NCBI GenBank assembly: GCA_032718475.1
Contig: JAUCBJ010000952.1
Coordinates: forward strand, 1-52,017
Reading direction: 5' to 3'
Source: Nemertoderma westbladi
Taxonomy: Eukaryota; Animalia; Xenacoelomorpha
DNA length: 52,017 bases
Shown: one piece after another, positions 37,664 through 46,755 of the stretch
Layout: every line of letters begins with the position of its first letter
Numbering within the stretch: position 1 is the stretch's first letter
Translations under genes and position numbers: made by a program
Notes under the pieces: generated by a model
What the model was told of the DNA's origin: nothing
The model's input: the letters and a program-made list of their open reading frames with translations, nothing else
The model's database searches: none

Positions 37664-38578
37664 ACTTGAATAACATTGTACAAATAGACATGGTAAATAC
37701 AAATGAGAACTTAATGTAATTCTTTTAACAAGTTTATTCCAACAAAATAAAATTTTCGAAAATCCACGGCTTTGTGAGGATATAATTCTATACCGCTCCA
37801 TGAAAACAGGATATTATCGTACATAAAATATACGGTTTTCACCAATAATCAATCAAATTATAGAATACTTAGGGCGTACCTACATATTTACAAATTAAAT
37901 TTCAAACAATACTTCCTTTCTATGTAATAATTCGATACAAAATAATTACAAATTCAAACTTTACATATTTAAGGCTTTACTAAGTAGGTACAATATAAAT
38001 CTAAATTAAATTCACCAATATAAATCTATTGCATCTCGATATTGCATAAATTCAAATAATTACAAATACAAATAAATGAAAATCATAAGAAAGGCTCGCG
38101 AGTCTTCCATCTACTATTGCATCTCAAATATTGCATAAATTCAAATAATTACAAATACTTTCGTGCCTAAATATAGATTGCATAAGTTCGGAATAATTAC
38201 AAATATGAGTCTTTCTAAGTACAAAACTTTCTAACTATAAAACTTTCTAAATACAAAATATAACGCTTTACAAATGAAACTATAAGAAAGGCCCACGAGT
38301 CTTCCGTCTACTCTTACTTTCTATTTCACTGTAAATACAATACTGCTCATAAGATATAAATTGCATAATATTCGGAACAATATAAATTGCATAAGTTCGG
38401 AATAATCACAAATATAAAATATAAATCTTGCAAAATATAACTTCCTTCTAAATATAAATCTTACTAAATATAAATTTTACTAAATATAAATCTTACAAAA
38501 TATAAAACATATAATTCAAATAAATCACAAATTCACAAGAAAGGCTCACGAGTCTTCCGTCCACTCTTGCCCTCCCTT

Positions 38579-41500
38579 TTACCGCTTTGTTGACCGAGCC
38601 CTGCCGCGTCCTCGAAAACTGCGTACAGGTGACTTTGCTTGCGATATGGAACTTGTGGGACGAGTCACTGGTTTCGCTTGGACGTTAAGAGACGGTGTTA
38701 CCATTTCCTCACAAATTCGTCTATTAGGTATCCCGAAACCTCGTCCGATTCCTCGTGACCGATCAGTTGTCACTACAGTTGGTAAAACGTCTGGGAATGC
38801 GCGAGAAGCGGACGACGCAGACCCAAGAGTAGCTTGCGCCCCCTTTTGATCAGCTGGTGTATGTCCCAATCCTCCTGTTGGTTCTCTAGGAAGCGATACT
38901 GTATCCCGAGTAATTCGAATAGTCGGCTCAACTCCCTTGCGTTCTTCTATATTAATGGCTTTCTTTAATTGTTGGCCCACTTTCTGGACCCTTATGATCC
39001 TACCCTGTCCGTCCTCCCGAGGGTGACGTGCAGACGGCGCAACCGGGGTAGCTGGTATGTCGCCTCTAGGACCTCCTCTTCCTCGAATACGCTCGCTCGT
39101 ATACGTTTATGGTAGAACGCGGCTCGGTACGCCCATGCGATTCACCATAAGTGATACGATTAACGACTTTCTGAAAATTCCATGTATTCTTATTGTCCGG
39201 GTGAATCTGTAGTAAATACTCGCATACAACTCTGAATCCACTATCGTGAGGCAAAATATCGACTACCTCGATAAGTTCGTCATATTGGGGCATAGCGGAG
39301 ATATATCCTTCCGACATCATAGTTTGAGGATTTACCGCCCAAAATCCAAGATGCGCTCTCATCGGGAACCGTCTTCTTTGCGCCGATACGTGTTCGTCAG
39401 CTAAATCTTCCCAATCGTCGAATAGTTTTCTCACAAGTTTTACAGATTCGTGTTCATAAGGTATGTCTCGTAGTTGGCATTCAGATGCTCGATGTCCCTT
39501 TATATTGCAGTAGGTGCACTGAGCCATAAATCTCCAGCAAGTATAAAAGGTATGAGACCCTTGATCTCCACACCATCCACAGATTAGTTGAGTCGTAGTA
39601 ATGTGCTTTCCACTGCACTTTGTCGAATGATGTCCAGCGACGCCACATTTACCACACATCGTATTGGCAGGGTACCATACTCGTTCATATATAAGATCTC
39701 CAATTGGTCGAGCGCTTCCTCCCACACTATAATCATAATCATCTGGATCGATAGGTTGGTATGTTTCAGAAGGTTGTATGCAAACTACAGCATCTGTTGC
39801 TTCTAATTGTAGAATCTCCGTCTGAGATTTCTTCAGGAGGTTCCTTTCAATCTCAAGAAGTTCCTCTAGAGGATCACCAATGATCGTCGTCGTTACTTCG
39901 AAATCATCACCAAGGTGATGATATAAATCATAATTCATAGAGTAACAATGTAAACATAGATGGTCTTTCGATAAGAGATCCCGCACAGCGTAGATACACG
40001 TCTCAAAATATACTAAATCCTGCTCGAGTAAAGGCATTGCACTGAGCGTCGGAATTGTAGAAGGGTTCGAGAAATCGTCTAAACACGTCGGTATGAATTC
40101 TCCCTTCCATGTAGAACGTATGATCTTCTCCAAGACAAAGTGGATGTCTTTTAAGAGTCCGAGACACAATGTCGGCGATTAAGCAAACATTCACTGACGA
40201 CTCTATCGCTAAATAATATTGTAGTACCACTCTTGGAGGTGACATAATAGCCCAATACACGCATCCTCTCCATTTGAGCTGTGATTCAAACTCGTTTATA
40301 TCCGGAGTATCACCTTCTCCATACGTTTCGATATACTTGGTTCTCTTACTTTCCTTGTAATCCCAATTAAACATTAGGTAGGAAATATATCCAGTTCCAG
40401 TTTTCTGAGTATTATACTCACGAAAATATCCTTGTTCTATAGACCACAAGATAAGAGGTCGAGTGTCGACGTAAGGTGTCGGTAGTCAGTCATCTCTGTC
40501 CGTCATGCCGGCGAAGTCGCTAATTAAGTCCTCTCGTACTCCTGATCCAATCTTTACAACAGTTTTATCTAAAATCATATTTCTTACCATCTTCGGTAGC
40601 ATTCTAGCATCGATATTACAAGCTTGGTCCATCTTCTTTACTATATCAGTGATGAGATGGTGTCGCTTTGTATTTGTTGGAGGTATCGGCATTCGTTTGT
40701 CGCTCCTTTGTCTACTGAAAATGTGCAAGACTCCGTCCGCCGCTCTAATTTGTATAGTCTTAGAAGTCAGACTCTGTTGATGACTGCCACCCGCGTTATC
40801 GTAAAACATGTAACCATTTTCCTGGAACGATCTAAACGTTCTGTTCCATTCGTCCAACAATTCTTCCGAAGGTTGCCAAATCTTCTCGATGTCCTTTTCG
40901 TCCTCGAAACGAATGACTTTACCTTGCCAATCCGCAGCGATATCTGTATCTGACTCAAAGGTTCCTGTTCCAATCCATAAGCGAATTGTTCTGGTCAAAT
41001 ATCCTTTCAGGTTACTCGGAGCTATATCAGCGCCAGCTCTATCCAGTTCCCTAAAGTCTTGAATATGAGGTGGAACGTTATACACAACCTTTTGAGTAAT
41101 ATGTCTACGTAAATCATATATCTTACCCATATCGCTAAAAACAACTGCAGGAAGAAACTCCAAGTTTGAAATGATTTCTGGATGATCCACGATGGGTATT
41201 TCGTATGACGTATCCAGTCGGACTGGTATACTAATAGGGAAATTGAGTGTCGTACTCAATGGTTTCGTAGTCGAAGTACTATACGGTTGCATTTCTCTTG
41301 TCCTCTCCGGGGATGCAATCTGTAGCCTCTGAATAACATTTTGAGCACAGTTTATACTCTCAAAAACTTCCGGTGTCATCTCCTTAGCTGAAGTCTGATC
41401 GTGTGACGTCCAATGGTAAGGTAGGCTCGCGAGTCTTCCGCCCCATTCTTCCATCTCACCTTTCTCGAAAGCCTTGTAGGCTCTGTATAGGCTAAGAGCT

Positions 41501-42210
41501 TCTTTCTTTTCGCGGGTTGACTGATTCGCCTCGTCCAGCGTAAGTTCAAATGCATCGGGTTCAACAACCTTAGGTGGGTAAACGACAATTTCTCCCGCCT
41601 TTGGTCCAGTCATAGCAAACGAATGATATGGATTTGATAAAGGATACCCTCCTTCCTGGTAGCGTAGTTGTTGGTGGTTCGAACACCTCGCCAATATCGG
41701 TTCGGGATTTTCCTTATTCAAACGCATCGGAATCGCATTTCGTTGTTCGCGCATACAAGCACCACATTGATAATAAAGTTTATAAACTGAAAATGCTTCC
41801 TTTGTTTCTCTATCGTCCCCTCGTGTTCGTCTGTAAAGATGCATTCCATCAAACTCATTGCGTACCGCAGGCATAGGTTCATGCGCCTTCAGGTATTGCA
41901 TGGTATGATACAAACGACTAATTTCAGTATCAGGGTCTTCGCTAATGTCTCCCGTGTCACATAACGCGTCGTACGGGTAAAGTTCATTGAAGGTTTTGCG
42001 CAAACTTTCGATTCTTTCATTTAACGCATTTTGCCTCCTCTTTAATACATTCGAGTCATATTTCGTTCTCGCAAGTTTTGCCGTACTTTCTGATAATTCT
42101 TTTATACCAAATATAGTATAGTCTTTAGCTCCAAATCTTTCGAATGGTGCTGCTGCTTCCTCTTGGATATCGTATCCCTATCTCGGCTCTCCATGTATCT
42201 CTTTCGCCAT
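38579..42210 (-). pseudogene. Extra ORF (ORF3) of copy B: Cys/His motif, DEDDy exonuclease, three CCHC knuckles, RG-rich tail; disrupted
   Basis: ATG at 42210 is in frame with 40486-42003 and 40003-40449 across single stops (42178-42180, 40486-40488). Knuckle region 39066-39920 and tail 38579-38980 (RGIGRG, RGRGRAR). Colinear with copy A. Confidence 0.82.
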
Positions 42211-42874
42211 AATTAGAGGTGTAGTTACATAATTATTACTACTAGAGGGAATACAACAGAGTTTATAGTTAGTTGTGAGGAGACGTGAGAGTTTTTGTCT
42301 GCCCTTTTGGCTCGACAACGCTCTAACCTCCTACCCATAGCCTAAGATCTAGGGTTTCTTTAATGACACGCTGTTTTCTTATCTAAAATTTTGTGCCGAA
42401 ATAAAAACGATTTTGGGATAAACTGGCTGTGAGTCTAAAATACTCACTTTTTGATCCCAAACTATTATCAGAAAATAAGCAATCAAGAATTAGTAATAAA
42501 TATAGGGGAGTCTATTTTGTTTGACGTAACTTATTGAAACAAGACCGTGTAAAATTTAATTAAAATTTAAGAAAGGCTCGCAAGTCTTCCCTTCTTGTTT
42601 CTCTAATTTTAAGTTCCACCCGACTGTACCCTGAAATCTATTCACTGGAGAATATTTTAAAAATTTTTCAAATCCAAATGGATTGTCTAAAATTTCGAAA
42701 ATGTCTCAATATTGTGAGTTCCAAGTAGAATTCCATTTCTTATACCTACAAATCCCGCTCCTATGTGACACATAAGGGTACTACCCTCAATGTTCACATA
42801 TAAATACAATGGAATTCTACCACTGTCTTTACTACAGTGTACAGGTACGTGGAAATCTATTTGTAAACTCCTAA

Positions 42875-45800
42875 TTATTTACTAATATTAGGTGGAGATT
42901 TGTAGTCTCCAGACTCGTTACGAGTCTCTTCAAGAAGTACGAGACGTTGAGTCGGTCTGTCTACTGTACGACCGTCAATTTTCCGTACCGTCACAGTTCT
43001 TGTCACTCCATCCATAGATGGATGTGTGGCTAAAATTACACCTGTTATCCAGAAGTGTCTTTTTAGATTCACTTCTGCCAACAGCACGTGATCTCCCGGC
43101 TTTAAAGCGCGAGTATTGTTGTACCAATTTGTTCTGGCAGAAATAGAGGGCAAATAATGGTTTTGCCATATTTCCCAGAATTTGTTAGCTAGTAGTTGCG
43201 TGATTTTCCACGCTTTTCTACCGTAGATATCGCCTTCTATTGGAATAGAAATAGGCGTCAAAGTAGTCGGTGCCTGCATTAGCAGGTGTGCCGGTGTTAA
43301 AGCAAATTGGGATTGTTTGTCATCGGGTACTAATACTATTGGTCTAGTATTTAGTATTGCCTCGATTTCAACAAACAATGTGGTCAGTTGGTCGTCTGTC
43401 AATATGTGGTTTACTGGAATGACCTTTGCCATTGCCGTTTTGATAGATCTAATCAATCTCTCCCAGACTCCGCCTCTCCATGGACTATCTGGAGGATTAA
43501 ACTTCCAAACAATCTTGTAAGGACGTAGTTCATTTGAGATTTGATCGTGATCTAATTTCTTAAAGGCTCTAGCAATTTCATTTCGAGCACCAACAAAGTT
43601 TGTACCTTGGTCTGAGTACAAGCATTTTACTAGTCCGCGTCTAGCGATAAATCGCCGCAATGCTAGTATAAACGCGTTGGTGGAAAGATCCATCACACGT
43701 TCAATATGAACTGCCCTACTGGACATACATGTGAAAATCAGTCCCCAGCGTTTTACTAGTATACGACCATGTTTCGTATGTATGGGACCAAAGCAGTCAA
43801 TTCCAGTCTCTGTAAAAGGTGGTCTGAATGCTTGAAGTCGTGCTTGTGGAAGTTCACTCATTTCTTGGGTACCTATTCTAGAGTGTACCTTTTTACAAAT
43901 AATACACGTACGCGTCACTGAACTTAACGCTTTACTGGGTCTAATTAATACAAATCTTGTACGTAAATAAGAAAGACAGTGGTGTCTTCCAGCGTGTTTC
44001 AGATGTAAATGTGCGTCCAGTATCATTGCACGTTGTAATTCGTGATGCTGCGGTATTATTATTGGGTACCTAAAGTTAGTGTTAAAGTCAATGTTTTGAA
44101 GCCGAGATTTATGACAAATTAAGCCATTATAAATTATCGGACTCCAACTCAATATTGGTGACGACTTAATTGGTTGACCTTGACTTATAGATGTGAATTC
44201 GCGTGCGAAATATCGCAATTGGTAATGGCGAATTAATTTAATTTCACATCTGTCTATCTCAGTCAATGTAAGTCGACGTGTAAAGTCGCGTTTGCCTTTA
44301 ACGTATTGTACAAAACGTACAATCCACGCTAATTTTCGGCAAGCGTTTGTCCAAGAATCTGTTAGGTTTACAATGCGGTCGACGTAAGTATTTGTGACGT
44401 CATCAGGTAAGTCAATGGAGAATTTGGAAGGTTTTGATTTACTAGAAGGGCCCACGGGTCCGCCGGTAAGTATTCCCTTGTTGACTGTTGATCCGTCCGG
44501 GTCTACAAGTAATTTGTCCTTCTTTGTCTTCTTACCTTGATTGTCGGTACTTTGTAAGTCGATCCCTAATGGTGGTTTTAACTCTACGGGATCACTGGGT
44601 TTTGGTAAACTTATTTTTCTGCCGATATTAATCCCAGGTCTCACTGTAGGTTGCAAGTTTGGTATGTCTCTTGAGCGTAAAGTAACACCTGTATTTACAT
44701 TTGCGTAGGTACTACCCACATCTGTAATACATGAGGTTTCACTGTACTTATGGTTACTCAAGGGTGTCAAGTTTGGTAGTTTGTCAATACAAGGCCGCTC
44801 CAATAGGGAAACTGCGGCTTTACTGTTTGTCAATATGTTACTAGTGTCTTGTTGATCATTTTGTGATATGTCTGGCAAAATGTTTCGCGGAACATCCGGC
44901 GAAACGTCTAGTGACATGGATGGCAAAACGTCTGGTTGACTGTCTAGTAACACGTCTGGTTGACCATCTGGTAACGCGTCTGGTTGACCGTCTGGCGATA
45001 TGTCTTGTTTTGAAAGGCTCGCAAGTCTTCCCTTCTTGACCTTTGAAGTTATATCTTTCCATTTCGCCTTCGGTTTTTTCTTAAGTTTAGCCGCCGTCCT
45101 TTTCTTTGCTTTCCCTTTCTTTGGTTTTTTAATTTCCGCATCTTTAGGGATAGTGTTAGACTTGTTGTCGTATAGTGGCGGCCAATGTAGTGTTGATCTT
45201 TGCAAGAATTGTGGTCTGTGTTGCCAAAATTCTTTGTTTTCCAGTTTACAGAATTCCTCAGGCATCATTCCTCGTGACGCAATATCAGCTGGATTTTGTG
45301 ATCCGGGACAATGTCGCCAATCTTCCTTTATTGAACGGTCCAAGATTTCCGCACGACGGTTAGCTACGAATGTCTTGAATTCAAGTGTGTCGTTGTTTAT
45401 ATAGAATAAAACTAACGTCGCGTCAGTCCAATAAAATATCTGTAAACTTGACTGTAGTTCAGTCTGTATGAGGTTTACAATGGTAGTTGACAGAGTTGCT
45501 GCTTGTAGTTCAGCGCGTGGTGTCGTCATATACTTAGTAGGCATGGTCTTAGCCTTAGAAGTAATGAGCGAAACATCAAACTCGTCTGAACCTACTTGTC
45601 TGCACAAATACACTGTCACTCCAAAGCCGTTGTCACTGGCGTCGGAAAAACAATGTAATTCTAAGTTGTCAGGAAATGTCATCTGTAATGGAAAATATAC
45701 CCGGGGTATGGAATAGTCTTCTAATGAAGACAATTGCGCCTCCCAAGTTATCCATAAGTCTACTTGTTCTGATGAGATCGGTTTGTCCCATGTGAGTCCA

Positions 45801-46720
45801 TCCTTCCAAATACTGCGCATGAATATTCTCGCTTGCAGTATTATTGGGCTGATGAAACCCAATGGATCGAACAATCGACTCAATTTTGACAAGCAGGACC
45901 TCTTTGTCAGAGTGTTTCCTTGAGTGTCCAGTCTCACCTTCACTCGAAAGTTGTCCGTGTTTGGGTCCCAAAAGAACCTCAACACCTTTGTCGTCGGTAG
46001 TGGTTCGAACTCCAGGTCAATGTCACCACCTCCACGCTCAGTCATTCCGAATGAATCTACTAATTCGGCACTGTTTGAGGCAAACTTGGTGAGGTTAAAA
46101 CCTCCGCCCGCTAAGCAGTCCCGTAATTGATGTGCTACTGTGATAGCACGTTCTACTGTGTCACAACTTTGTAACCCATCGTCTACGTAAAAGTCTTGTT
46201 CTACGATCCGAACTTCCTCTGGGTCATATATATGTTTCTGATCCCTAGCGGTTTGCTTTAGGGCATACATAGTACAATTTGGGCTGTCTCTGGCACCGAA
46301 AACGCGAACTTGCATTTGGTAAGTCGCCAGTGGTAGACTTAAGTCTCCTTCCGGGTACCAGAGGAACCTCAAACTGTCTCTGTCTCGCTCTAACGCTCGC
46401 ACTTGGTGAAACATAGCTTCGACGTCACAAGTAAAGGCTACTTGACGCTGACGGAAGCGCATAATCACCCCCATGAGATAATTATTCATGTTTGGTCCGT
46501 CCATCAACTCACTATTGAGGGACATTCCCTCAAACAGAGCCGCGCAGTCATTTACTATGCGTACTTTGTCTGGTTTATCGGGGTGTCTCACGTAGTGATG
46601 TGGCAAATAGTATGTCTGGTCTGTCACAATCTCTGGGTTAGTCATTCTGATAGCGTATCCCTTCGTTAAATACGTCTCCATCTGGGTATTATACTGCAGA
46701 TGGGCTTTCTCGTCCTTCAA
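42875..46720 (-). CDS. pol: Bel/Pao pol: reverse transcriptase, RNase H and integrase (open for 1281 codons)
   Basis: YLPHH, KVRIVND, DVEAMFHQV, FGARDSP, FYVDDG; HCFSDAS, PRAELQAA, WTDA, NPADIASRG; H-x4-H...CxxC, GIDCFGP, YSDQGTNF, GGVWERLIRS. Confidence 0.95.
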   Translation of the reverse strand: MKDEKAHLQYNTQMETYLTKGYAIRMTNPEIVTDQTYYLPHHYVRHPDKPDKVRIVNDCAALFEGMSLNSELMDGPNMNNYLMGVIMRFRQRQVAFTCDVEAMFHQVRALERDRDSLRFLWYPEGDLSLPLATYQMQVRVFGARDSPNCTMYALKQTARDQKHIYDPEEVRIVEQDFYVDDGLQSCDTVERAITVAHQLRDCLAGGGFNLTKFASNSAELVDSFGMTERGGGDIDLEFEPLPTTKVLRFFWDPNTDNFRVKVRLDTQGNTLTKRSCLSKLSRLFDPLGFISPIILQARIFMRSIWKDGLTWDKPISSEQVDLWITWEAQLSSLEDYSIPRVYFPLQMTFPDNLELHCFSDASDNGFGVTVYLCRQVGSDEFDVSLITSKAKTMPTKYMTTPRAELQAATLSTTIVNLIQTELQSSLQIFYWTDATLVLFYINNDTLEFKTFVANRRAEILDRSIKEDWRHCPGSQNPADIASRGMMPEEFCKLENKEFWQHRPQFLQRSTLHWPPLYDNKSNTIPKDAEIKKPKKGKAKKRTAAKLKKKPKAKWKDITSKVKKGRLASLSKQDISPDGQPDALPDGQPDVLLDSQPDVLPSMSLDVSPDVPRNILPDISQNDQQDTSNILTNSKAAVSLLERPCIDKLPNLTPLSNHKYSETSCITDVGSTYANVNTGVTLRSRDIPNLQPTVRPGINIGRKISLPKPSDPVELKPPLGIDLQSTDNQGKKTKKDKLLVDPDGSTVNKGILTGGPVGPSSKSKPSKFSIDLPDDVTNTYVDRIVNLTDSWTNACRKLAWIVRFVQYVKGKRDFTRRLTLTEIDRCEIKLIRHYQLRYFAREFTSISQGQPIKSSPILSWSPIIYNGLICHKSRLQNIDFNTNFRYPIIIPQHHELQRAMILDAHLHLKHAGRHHCLSYLRTRFVLIRPSKALSSVTRTCIICKKVHSRIGTQEMSELPQARLQAFRPPFTETGIDCFGPIHTKHGRILVKRWGLIFTCMSSRAVHIERVMDLSTNAFILALRRFIARRGLVKCLYSDQGTNFVGARNEIARAFKKLDHDQISNELRPYKIVWKFNPPDSPWRGGVWERLIRSIKTAMAKVIPVNHILTDDQLTTLFVEIEAILNTRPIVLVPDDKQSQFALTPAHLLMQAPTTLTPISIPIEGDIYGRKAWKITQLLANKFWEIWQNHYLPSISARTNWYNNTRALKPGDHVLLAEVNLKRHFWITGVILATHPSMDGVTRTVTVRKIDGRTVDRPTQRLVLLEETRNESGDYKSPPNISK

Positions 46721-46755
46721 TAAACGTTGTCGTATTGAGTTTAGACGTCTTAAAG

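Noticed and set aside
38579-42210. ORF3 as an envelope gene
   Set aside because: No signal peptide or transmembrane segment is seen; the motifs fit an exonuclease and nucleic-acid-binding knuckles.
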